Source: a virus
Taxonomy: Duplodnaviria; Caudoviricetes
Virus record (IMG/VR): IMGVR_UViG_3300012844_000034
Coordinates: 1 to 37,773 of that record
Direction: 5' to 3' (one strand)
DNA: 37,773 bases
Part shown: positions 1-7,477 of the stretch, one piece after another
How positions within the stretch are numbered: position 1 is the first letter of the stretch
Layout of the letters: each line of letters opens with the position of its first letter
Notes under the pieces: model-generated
The model's database searches: none
The model's input: the letters and a program-made list of their open reading frames with translations, nothing else
Told to the model about the DNA's origin: nothing
Position numbers and translations under genes: made by a program

Positions 1-1
1 A

Positions 2-32
2 TGTACCAATCGACAGACGACGTGTACCAATC
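2..32 (+). repeat. Direct repeat TGTACCAATC x2, possible integrase arm-type binding sites
   Basis: Identical 10-mers at 2-11 and 23-32 (21-bp period) just before the likely integrase start; function is inferred. Confidence 0.45.
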
Positions 33-36
33 TCAG

Positions 37-1158
37 ATGGCAACGATCAGAACGCGTAAAAAGGCCGATGGCAGCACTAGCTACCTCGTCCAGATCCGCA
101 TTAATCGCGACAAGGTGACAGTCTACCAAGAGAGCCAAACGTTCGCCCGCAAACAGGCTGCAGTGGCCTGGGCGAAGCGACGGGAAACCGAGTTGTCTGA
201 GCCTGGTGCTATCGAGCGCGCCAACCGGGTAGGGCACACGGTCAAACAGATGATCGACCGGTACCTGGTAGAGGCAGAGAAAGCTCGGCCTCTGGGCGAG
301 ACCAAGCGACGCACTTTAAACGCCATCAAGAACAGCTACCTGGGTGAGATGGTCGACTCCGACATCAGCCAGCAGGTGCTGGTGGACTATTCCCTATGGC
401 GTATGAGCCCCGCAGGCGGTGGCATCAAACCGCAGACAGCAGGCAATGATCTGGCTCACCTGGGTTCAGTGTTGTCGCTTGCCAGGGCGGCGTGGGAGTA
501 CGAGATCAACCCCCAAGCTATGCCCGACGCACGCCTTGTCCTGAAACGCCTCGGCTACAACATGAAGAGCCGGGAGCGGGATCGCCGGCCAACGCTTGAA
601 GAACTCGACAAGGTGCTTGAGCATTTCTTCGAGATGCTTGCACGGCGTCCGACAGTCATTCACATGCCGAAGGTGGTTGCGTTTGCCATCTTTTCCACGC
701 GCCGTATGGACGAGATCGCTCGCATCATGTGGGAGGATCTGGATGAGCACCGCCAGGCGGTGAAAGTGCGGGACATGAAGAACCCCGGGCAGAAGATCGG
801 TAACGATGTGTGGTGCCATCTGCCGGATGAGGCGTGGGCGATTGTGCAAAGCATGCCGCGTCAGTGCGCTGAGATCTTCCCTTACAACACCGACTCAATC
901 GGCACGGCCTGGTCCAGAGCGTGCAAGATGGTTGGCGTGGAGGATCTGCATTTTCACGATCTGCGCCATGAAGGTGTGAGCCGGTTGTTCGAAATGGATT
1001 GGGATATCCCGAGGGTGTCGAGTGTTTCCGGTCATCGTGACTGGAACTCGCTGCGGCGTTACACCCATCTGAGGGGGCGTGGTGATCGATACATGGAGTG
1101 GAGTTGGTTAGAGCGGATTATCCAGGCCCCAGTCGCCCTAGGCGCCCGGGTTGAGTAG
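37..1158 (+). CDS. int: Tyrosine recombinase/phage integrase, resembling dusA-associated integrases
   Basis: Catalytic motifs STRRMDEI (R), HFHDLRHEG (HxxR), SGH and RRYTH (Y). The N-terminus MATIRTRKKADGSTSY suggests a start at ATG 37 rather than 1. Confidence 0.92.
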   Translation: MATIRTRKKADGSTSYLVQIRINRDKVTVYQESQTFARKQAAVAWAKRRETELSEPGAIERANRVGHTVKQMIDRYLVEAEKARPLGETKRRTLNAIKNSYLGEMVDSDISQQVLVDYSLWRMSPAGGGIKPQTAGNDLAHLGSVLSLARAAWEYEINPQAMPDARLVLKRLGYNMKSRERDRRPTLEELDKVLEHFFEMLARRPTVIHMPKVVAFAIFSTRRMDEIARIMWEDLDEHRQAVKVRDMKNPGQKIGNDVWCHLPDEAWAIVQSMPRQCAEIFPYNTDSIGTAWSRACKMVGVEDLHFHDLRHEGVSRLFEMDWDIPRVSSVSGHRDWNSLRRYTHLRGRGDRYMEWSWLERIIQAPVALGARVE

Positions 1159-1200
1159 TTTGTTGGGGTACACGGAACGGCGGTGATTAGCCCTGCGCGT

Positions 1201-1292
1201 AGCAGCGCTTTGAGTCGATCCAGCTGGCAGGAGTGGCCGCTTTCGACCCATAGCGGACTCTTGCAAAGGGCAGTAATCGTCCAAAAGCGGTA
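1201..1292. repeat. Palindromic 24-bp repeat cluster 1
   Basis: GGCCGCTTTCGACCCATAGCGGAC (1235-1258) and GGCAGTAATCGTCCAAAAGCGGTA (1269-1292), plus a degenerate copy near 1201-1226. Confidence 0.75.
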
Positions 1293-1533
1293 TTACCAAT
1301 GCTCCGTAGAGTTTCCTTGTTCCGGGCACAATATCATCCCATCGACAATGCGACGGAAATGCTCATCGCAGTCCTCTGTCGACGCGAGCCCCTTCGCAGA
1401 GGGGGCCTGCGGCCTCAGTAGTGTTTGTATTACTGATCGCTTATATTTGTTCGCCTGTGTGATTTTCGGAACCACTCGCGCGCCGCGGATCCACTGGCTA
1501 TTTAGACCGGCATCAAATCTAAAGGATGGCATC

Positions 1534-2229
1534 GTGGCGTGTTCTCGCGGCAAAGCAGCACCGGATAAGCTGACCGAAAAAAGGCTCTTTGCTTCGTCTG
1601 CTGGCTACTGCCAGCGGCCAGGGTGCACCACCCCCTTGTTTCGAGATACCGGAACCAAGGTAATCCACCTCGCTGAAATGGCCCACATTTTTGCGGCCAA
1701 TAACGATGGGCCGCGTGCAAACCCTGCTATGTCAGCAGAAGAGCGCGGAGCCTTTGAAAATCTAATTCTGCTGTGCCCTACATGTCATACGATGATCGAC
1801 AAAGCACCGCAAGATTTCCCAGATGGCACGGTCATTGGGTGGAAGCAGCAGCACGAACGAAAGCTCGCTCAGCTTTTTGGAGCCCAAAAGTTTTCGACAC
1901 GAGAGGAAACCTTTTTGGCAATCAGGCCACTGATGCTTCAAAATCGGATGATCCATCAGCAACTGAATCCTGAGTTGGAGTATCGCTACAATCCTGAGGC
2001 GGAAGAGGCGTCCCAATGGAAGCTAAAAATGGTCGAGCAGATCATACCTAATTCTCGTCGCGTCCTTAGCATCCTCGATGCGAATACCCGACTTATGACT
2101 GAGGAAGAGGAAGTTACACTGGAGTTGTTCAGGCAGCATGTTTATGACCTTGAAGCTCGACATATTGCCAAAATCCCTGCCGGAGCCCAGAGTCGGTTTC
2201 CGATCAAAATGAACGAGATGATGAGATAA
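1534..2229 (+). CDS. HNH endonuclease (Cap5-like Zn-HNH domain) with an unassigned helical C-terminal domain
   Basis: Motifs CQRPGC, AEMAHI, GPR and NLILLCPTCHTMID. GTG at 1534 follows AAAGGA (1521-1526) and is in frame with ORF 1183..2229. Confidence 0.85.
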   Translation: MACSRGKAAPDKLTEKRLFASSAGYCQRPGCTTPLFRDTGTKVIHLAEMAHIFAANNDGPRANPAMSAEERGAFENLILLCPTCHTMIDKAPQDFPDGTVIGWKQQHERKLAQLFGAQKFSTREETFLAIRPLMLQNRMIHQQLNPELEYRYNPEAEEASQWKLKMVEQIIPNSRRVLSILDANTRLMTEEEEVTLELFRQHVYDLEARHIAKIPAGAQSRFPIKMNEMMR

Positions 2230-2233
2230 GACG

Positions 2234-2905
2234 ATGGCACGGAGCCCTCAGGACAACACAAATTTTGCCAGCAGCATGATTGCCAGAATGACTGAAGTTG
2301 TACAACGAGTGGAGACCGTTACTCCGTATTCGTTCCTAGTGCACACGGAAAAATTTCCCCCTGTGCGGGTAGGTGTACTCTCGATAAACAAGGTTGAAGC
2401 ATCAGATATCCAAAGATTGCTCGATGCAGATCCAAGAGTCGAGTTCATAGCGAATATTCCGAAGGTCGGAGTATGGCAAGGCTCAGCAATCCACCTTCTG
2501 CAAGAAAAGGGAGTTGCTTTTGGCCCTGTGAAACACTTGATGGGCGCCATCAGTGGCCGACGAGATGAGGAGCCTCTCAATGATTATGAGCACGCAGAAA
2601 CTAAATATTTCAAGACGATATTGTCCCAGCACAAAAATTTGCATAAATTGGTGCGTATTACTGACTTGATTTATGAATTCCACCGCAAAAACGGCGAGCC
2701 CCTTCTGATTGCCGGTTTGAATGATTATGAACTGACAGGTGTCATGATTCGAGCGGCAGTTGCTCAGCACGGTCAAGTCTCGATAATTTTTGCGACCAAC
2801 CCCAATGGCGGGCCTACACCCGAAGCGTACGACGCCGCAAAATCCATGGGCATTGAGTTGTACGATCAGAGGAATGATTTCTACCGCAGGCTACACACTC
2901 CATGA
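2234..2905 (+). CDS. Hypothetical protein with two apparently duplicated alpha/beta domains (possibly degenerate restriction-endonuclease-like fold)
   Basis: 223 aa, starts 4 nt after the HNH stop. The C-terminus IIFATNPNGGPTPEAYDAAKSMGIELYD resembles the end of Mrr-type domains. Confidence 0.7.
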   Translation: MARSPQDNTNFASSMIARMTEVVQRVETVTPYSFLVHTEKFPPVRVGVLSINKVEASDIQRLLDADPRVEFIANIPKVGVWQGSAIHLLQEKGVAFGPVKHLMGAISGRRDEEPLNDYEHAETKYFKTILSQHKNLHKLVRITDLIYEFHRKNGEPLLIAGLNDYELTGVMIRAAVAQHGQVSIIFATNPNGGPTPEAYDAAKSMGIELYDQRNDFYRRLHTP

Positions 2906-3246
2906 GTGTTGCACAGTTGCTGCAATGCCTCACGAAGGTTATAGATCTGACCGAATCATCCGTCTCTAATGCAAGATGGTTCGGCTTCGGGTCATTTTTT
3001 TTGAGCACAAAACACTTCAGCGATGTCGATCTGTTAGTCGTGTGCGAGACACAGGAGGACGGCATTTTGATTTATCAAATGTGTCGTGAACTTTTGGCCG
3101 AATGGCCAGTCGACCTCCTGATAATGACTCAGACCGAAGCAGCCGATACTTCGTTCATCGTCAGGTGGGGCTGTATCCCCCTACTTGGGGGGATTCCGCA
3201 TTGGCGGACGAGCCAAGGTGCGACTTCCCCTGATGAAAACTGTTGA
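2902..3246 (+). CDS. Minimal nucleotidyltransferase (Pol-beta superfamily, MNT-like)
   Basis: FGFGSF...SDVDLLVV (GS plus DxD) and a third acidic residue in PVDLLIM; ATGA overlap with the upstream gene. Confidence 0.8.
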   Translation: MSVAQLLQCLTKVIDLTESSVSNARWFGFGSFFLSTKHFSDVDLLVVCETQEDGILIYQMCRELLAEWPVDLLIMTQTEAADTSFIVRWGCIPLLGGIPHWRTSQGATSPDENC

Positions 3247-3284
3247 GGGACAATCTCTTGCACCGAACCTATGGCACCTTAAAC

Positions 3285-3341
3285 GCCTGCGTTGATCGCT
3301 GCCTGATCGAAACGACAGGCAGCTCTGGGTTGAAAGCCGTC
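3285..3341. repeat. Palindromic repeat cluster 2
   Basis: GGCAGCTCTGGGTTGAAAGCCGTC at 3318-3341 and a degenerate unit near 3285-3303. Confidence 0.7.
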
Positions 3342-3482
3342 ACTCACTAACGTTTAAGCCAGGCAGCGCCTGTCAGAGACTTCAAGCCGGTAGCGAATCC
3401 CTAAATTGAATTTGGTAGAATTCTCCAATGGCCACTGCTCTTTCTTGGGGCTGTACGAATAACTTTACCAAGTTTTGAATTT

Positions 3483-4172
3483 TCACCTTTCCTTACCATG
3501 CGCGCCCAATTGTTCTGGAGAACCCCGCAGTGTGCGGCATGTATTGCAATTCAATGGCAGGGCAAGATCCTCTGATTCACTTTCGGAAAATTTAATAACA
3601 CACAAACCTAAGTCCCTTAGCGCATCGTTACCAACGACCTCCCGGATATCCGATAGCATTTTCGCATCAAGGAGAAGTTTATCAGCGGTTTCCTCCGCGC
3701 CGGACCGTCTCAAGCCACGAACCTTGCGTATCGCCACATTGCAACTCCAACACTCATCTTCCGCGCATAGCAAGGTAAATTGCTCTTTTCCATCTTGGTC
3801 GCCCAGATAGCACGAAACTCACAAACTTCGGTAGCGGCACCTCAATCTCTTAATCATTGATATAGATATATCGCTGATCATTTAAAGCTCGAAGGCTGGA
3901 AGAATAAAAGAAGGTTCGAGCCTGCTTCGAGTGAGTCTAGACGCCAACCATAGCGATTTAACGCCTGACTCGATATACATGCGCTGATGCCTATTGAACT
4001 CTTCAGGGGGCTGCCCAGACAGGTGCACTTCAATCACCCTTGCTTCGTCATCTCTATTTCAATAGACATCCGCGACCCACTGATACCCGGATGGGGCGGC
4101 TCCGCGAAATTCCGTGATTGCACGCCAGACCACATCAATTGAAATCGGGTAACGCTGCCCGAGTGCGCCATC
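3483..4172 (-). pseudogene. Degraded CoiA-like PD-(D/E)xK nuclease with Cys-rich C-terminus
   Basis: Manual minus-strand translation reads WRAITEFRGAAPSGYQWVADVY*NRDDEARVIEVHLSGQPPEEFNRHQRMYIESGVKSLWL, with stops at 4059-4061 and 3882-3884. The downstream fragment 3483..3773 has CWSC and CNTC. Confidence 0.6.
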
Positions 4173-4189
4173 CGCTCACCCTTGTAAGT

Positions 4190-4220
4190 CGCGACCATCC
4201 CCTATCGGCCGGTCACGGAC
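4190..4220. repeat. Degenerate palindromic repeat unit (cluster 3)
   Basis: ATCCCCTATCGGCCGGTCACGGAC near 4198-4220 partly matches the unit (CTATCGGCC...CGGAC). Confidence 0.35.
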
Positions 4221-4348
4221 GTCGGCAAGGGACTCATTCAGCACCAACATAGTTTCCTGGACTATGGAGTCTGCAATGGCCTACTATCTCAGTCTGCGTC
4301 TTTGGCAGGCCACTAGCCTAATCAAAAATTGATGTTAGAGAAAAACTC

Positions 4349-4750
4349 ATGAAAAAAAGGACTTTTGACTTTTACAGGCTGTTGCACGAGATCGAGTTTG
4401 AGATAGGAAGCGAATGCTACAATGGCAATATTCAGAACTTCGGTCCTGGTGGGTCTTGGGAGGGGGATGGTAGAGATTTTCGCTACCCAGTTCGTTTCAC
4501 CAATGCTGAAGGCGAGCGCGAGAAATACAGAGGAAAGTTCCCGTTTACGAAGAGCTCTAGCGGGGAAGTAGCATACTGCATTCTCGGCGAAAGTCGTTTT
4601 AGTTCTGCTCACTATGCTTTTGGGGCGAATGAGCTTTACATTATGCGAGGAATCAAACACGCTCTTGAAAAGTTAGAGTCACGATTCGGCATAGACTTTG
4701 ATGAGCTATTGAAACAGGAAAAGACCTCCGAGAAAGGGGGGGCAAATTAG
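4349..4750 (+). CDS. Hypothetical protein (accessory cargo)
   Basis: 133-aa ORF with protein-like composition, AT-rich, lying between repeat clusters; no recognised family. Confidence 0.75.
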   Translation: MKKRTFDFYRLLHEIEFEIGSECYNGNIQNFGPGGSWEGDGRDFRYPVRFTNAEGEREKYRGKFPFTKSSSGEVAYCILGESRFSSAHYAFGANELYIMRGIKHALEKLESRFGIDFDELLKQEKTSEKGGAN

Positions 4751-4878
4751 ATTGTTTGTGACAAATCTTGCTACAGGCGTTAAGTTATCAGCGGTTTTTG
4801 TACAGAAGTCGACTCCTGCTTTTGTGGCTGTCTGTGTTCCTAGCTGGAGATCGCGGAAAACTTAATTCAACCCGGGGG

Positions 4879-5003
4879 GGCTGAAACTGGCCATTTGCCA
4901 CACCCTACCAACGGCGGCTATGGGTCGAAAGCGGACGGTCGCGAGCGGCCGCAATCGCCCCAAAGCGGCCGGTGGCGGCGAGCAAAGAACGGCCAAAGCC
5001 GAC
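4879..5003. repeat. Palindromic repeat cluster 4, four units at a 34-bp period
   Basis: Units start at 4879, 4913 (GGCGGCTATGGGTCGAAAGCGGAC), 4947 (GGCCGCAATCGCCCCAAAGCGGCC) and 4981; the outer two are degenerate. Confidence 0.8.
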
Positions 5004-5060
5004 TAATCGTGGCATCTACCAAATCAGCGAAAAGTCATCTTGTTGGCAAGCGAGGTCAAG

Positions 5061-5816
5061 TTAACGCTCATAAATTGGCCTAGGATCTGTATGCTCTAGA
5101 CGGCGGTTCTGTGCAATAGATGCAATCCTGCCACTGAGTATAATTAGCAGCCTGGTGCAAGCTTGCGAGTAATAGTGTTTCGCATCAAAGGTGTAATTGT
5201 CGTTAAAGGTCTTTCGGTAAAGGTCTTTGCATTTGTCGTGCAAGGAAGTGTCTGCGAGTGAAATTCCTAGCTTGTGTGCAAAGCTGTTCCGAACTGCTCG
5301 CACTACCTCAATTGCTTGTAGTTCATCTTTCGAAATAAGACCGAGTGAGAAAGCTGCCTTCGTTCGAGCTGAAAAGGCGGAGAGCGGACCGCTGCCTCTA
5401 CGAAGCATGTCCTTCGTAATGGTGCTTTCAACGAGAAACTGCTCTAGTAGCCGACATAGCATTTCATCCACCATTGACGCCCAGACGAGAACAAGCCCTC
5501 TCTCAGTACCGCTGGCGTTCTCGCGATTGGCCTCTTCGAGAAACTCATGGATATCGTGCCACCCGACAGGTAAGGCTGGCGGATGTAATTCTTCATGTAC
5601 TAGTGACGGTGCGTCGAGTTTCGCCGGAGCTACATTGCCGAATTCACCGGATACGCATCGCTCGAATATTTCTCTCCCGTGGGGTTCTGAGTCTAACGGG
5701 GAGGCCGTAAAAGGCACTTCTTGCCCGAGGTGCTCAAAGAAGACCTGGCAATTGATAGAGGAGCATTCGCTGCTGGACCAGTGCGGTTCACGCACATCGC
5801 GGTAGTTGATTTTCAT
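5061..5816 (-). CDS. Fusion of a tail-fibre-assembly (Tfa)-like N-terminal domain and an MtlR-family HEPN domain
   Basis: N-terminus has PHWSSSECSSINCQVFFEHLGQEVPFTASPLDSEPHGREIFERCVSGEFG. C-terminus has TERGLVLV, GPLSAFSART, LGLIS and VRNSFAH (RxxxxH at 5274-5291). Start is at 5816 or 5822. Confidence 0.8.
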   Translation of the reverse strand: MKINYRDVREPHWSSSECSSINCQVFFEHLGQEVPFTASPLDSEPHGREIFERCVSGEFGNVAPAKLDAPSLVHEELHPPALPVGWHDIHEFLEEANRENASGTERGLVLVWASMVDEMLCRLLEQFLVESTITKDMLRRGSGPLSAFSARTKAAFSLGLISKDELQAIEVVRAVRNSFAHKLGISLADTSLHDKCKDLYRKTFNDNYTFDAKHYYSQACTRLLIILSGRIASIAQNRRLEHTDPRPIYER

Positions 5817-5881
5817 TGTCATCTCATTCTGGTAATTAGTATGGCCGCCGTAAAGCACGCGGATATTCTAGTTCATCCCAT

Positions 5882-6012
5882 GACTGCATTTGGCCTCTTC
5901 TGCCGGTGCTGACCGGCAGCTTTGGGTCGAAAGCGGTCACTACCACATAATGGATTTGGGCATTTTCAGCCGTTCTGATCCAGCCGATTTAGGGGGCGGG
6001 TCGATAGCCGCC
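5882..6012. repeat. Palindromic repeat cluster 5
   Basis: GGCAGCTTTGGGTCGAAAGCGGTC at 5915-5938, with degenerate units at 5882-5904 and about 5995-6012 (GGCGGGTCGATAGCCGCC). Confidence 0.75.
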
Positions 6013-6143
6013 ATCGCAGGCGGCCATCGACGCAAGGTAGCTAAGCCGTATTCGACTGGGTGAAGAATCGGATGCAGCCAGATGTTCCGTGCGGCCGGTT
6101 GACACTGATCAAGTGGCGTGAAATCTCCGTATCAGCTTGCCCG

Positions 6144-6407
6144 TCACCTCTTATTCAATTGCGCACACTCTTTTCGCGCAGCATCCCGCTGCTGGTCCAG
6201 GTAGAGAGCCAGATCAGCAATGTGTATGCCTCGGGCGCTCTTCTGGCTCGGTTCAAGCCGGGTGATCGGCAGCTTGATCTCTCCGGCCAGCACCTTGCGT
6301 TGGAATACAAGCGGCGTTAGGTGCGTGAAGTAGTCAGCGCATACCTGTTCGAGCGAGATTATCGCCGTGCCGTTGTACTGCGCCATCAAAACAAAGGCCG
6401 TGTTCAC
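6144..6407 (-). CDS. Pyocin activator PrtN-family DNA-binding protein
   Basis: MNTAFVLMAQY...CADYF.HLT...SQKSARGIHIADLALYLD is the typical family pattern. Confidence 0.88.
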   Translation of the reverse strand: MNTAFVLMAQYNGTAIISLEQVCADYFTHLTPLVFQRKVLAGEIKLPITRLEPSQKSARGIHIADLALYLDQQRDAARKECAQLNKR

Positions 6408-6652
6408 GCATGGCCCTCCTGTTCCAGCGAATTCGTCTCTGCGTTGCTGGGCCGAGCGGATTGCCTACCCTCACTGAGCTGGGTTAGCACCTGCTTGCTG
6501 GCAAGGTTAAACAACTCGTCGGTGCTAACTGGCGCTATGGACTGCTCGAAGTTGCGCACGGCCTCAAACCGAGTTCGATACAGCCCGGCCTGGCCGAGCC
6601 AAGCGGCTGCGTTGGGGGGCGCGGTCGGTGCGGGATGGTCGTGCTGGCTCAT
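6404..6652 (-). CDS. Phage hypothetical protein
   Basis: 82 aa, ATGA-coupled to both neighbours. Confidence 0.7.
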   Translation of the reverse strand: MSQHDHPAPTAPPNAAAWLGQAGLYRTRFEAVRNFEQSIAPVSTDELFNLASKQVLTQLSEGRQSARPSNAETNSLEQEGHA

Positions 6653-7146
6653 GCTGCCTCCTCCGCGCTTGTGGCACCGGCAGGGGTTTCGCGCAATTGG
6701 GTGTGCATCCGTTTAGCCAGGCCTCCCAGTTGGGTGGCTTGCAAGCTCGCGCGTGATGCCTGCGGAGTTGCCTTCATTGCGATTAGCGTCCGTCCGGTCA
6801 GGCTCAGGGTTTCCATGGCGCTGATGAGCAGCTCGTAATCCGCCCTGGTCACCGCTAATCCGGTGTAGGACATGATCCGAGCTTCCAGCTCGCGGATGCT
6901 GCCTTTGAGGTGTGCGATAGCCGTGTGGTGCTTACGCTGATCTGCTTCGGCTTGAACTTTGGCTTCGTCCAGGTCGTTTTGCAGGCCTTTTATCCGAAGT
7001 TTCAGATCAGCCTTTAGGCTCTGCTTGCCCGCGTCCAAGCCTCTGTTGAATGCGCGATGTCGCGCTTTCGCAAAGAGGAAGGGCAGGATGGTCAGGGTGG
7101 TCAGCCAGAGAATACCGATGGCAAGAACTAGTTGATGCGGTTGCAT
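6649..7146 (-). CDS. Phage membrane-anchored coiled-coil hypothetical protein
   Basis: Likely start MQPHQLVLAIGILWLTTLTILPFLF (hydrophobic segment) followed by a coiled-coil-like region. Confidence 0.7.
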   Translation of the reverse strand: MQPHQLVLAIGILWLTTLTILPFLFAKARHRAFNRGLDAGKQSLKADLKLRIKGLQNDLDEAKVQAEADQRKHHTAIAHLKGSIRELEARIMSYTGLAVTRADYELLISAMETLSLTGRTLIAMKATPQASRASLQATQLGGLAKRMHTQLRETPAGATSAEEAA

Positions 7147-7237
7147 ATGCTGTGCTCCAAAGTGCCCAGCACCGGCCGGAAGTGTGGTGGTGGCCTGGTG
7201 CTGGATGCGTTGCCCCTGATGGCCGGGGCTGCCTCTG

Positions 7238-7477
7238 TTAGCTCGTCTTCTGCGCTTGGGTGTCGAGGTAGTCGGCAAGGTCGTGCAGGTAAATCACATA
7301 CTGCGCTCGGACCGAGTGGTGTAGCTTTTTAGGGTTCAACCCAATCTTTCCGGCGTTGATCAGTTCCCTGAATCGGCGGTCTGTTTTGATATGTGGAAAG
7401 TAGTGTTCTCGCACGGCAGTCAAGGTCGGGCAGGGAGTGCCCCATTGTTTGAACAGTTGCCCAAACGTGCCCGTCAT
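7238..7477 (-). CDS. Second, divergent PrtN-like DNA-binding protein
   Basis: LTAVREHYFPHI...INAGKIGL...IYLHDLADYLD parallels the 6144..6407 protein; ATGA overlap at 7474-7477. Confidence 0.75.
   Translation of the reverse strand: MTGTFGQLFKQWGTPCPTLTAVREHYFPHIKTDRRFRELINAGKIGLNPKKLHHSVRAQYVIYLHDLADYLDTQAQKTS

Noticed and set aside
1183-1533. N-terminal 117 aa of ORF 1183..2229
   Set aside because: It runs through the repeat cluster and likely promoter region; GTG 1534 has a better RBS and begins the HNH domain
4879-5003. CRISPR mini-array
   Set aside because: The units are divergent, the intervening sequences are only about 10 bp, and no cas genes are present
5061-5600. Mannitol operon repressor function
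   Set aside because: No mannitol genes are nearby; the intact RxxxxH motif and prophage cargo context favour a HEPN effector
1201-6012. Classical integron with attC sites
   Set aside because: The repeats lack RYYYAAC/GTTRRRY ends, the cargo lies in both orientations, and the integrase looks phage-type rather than IntI-like
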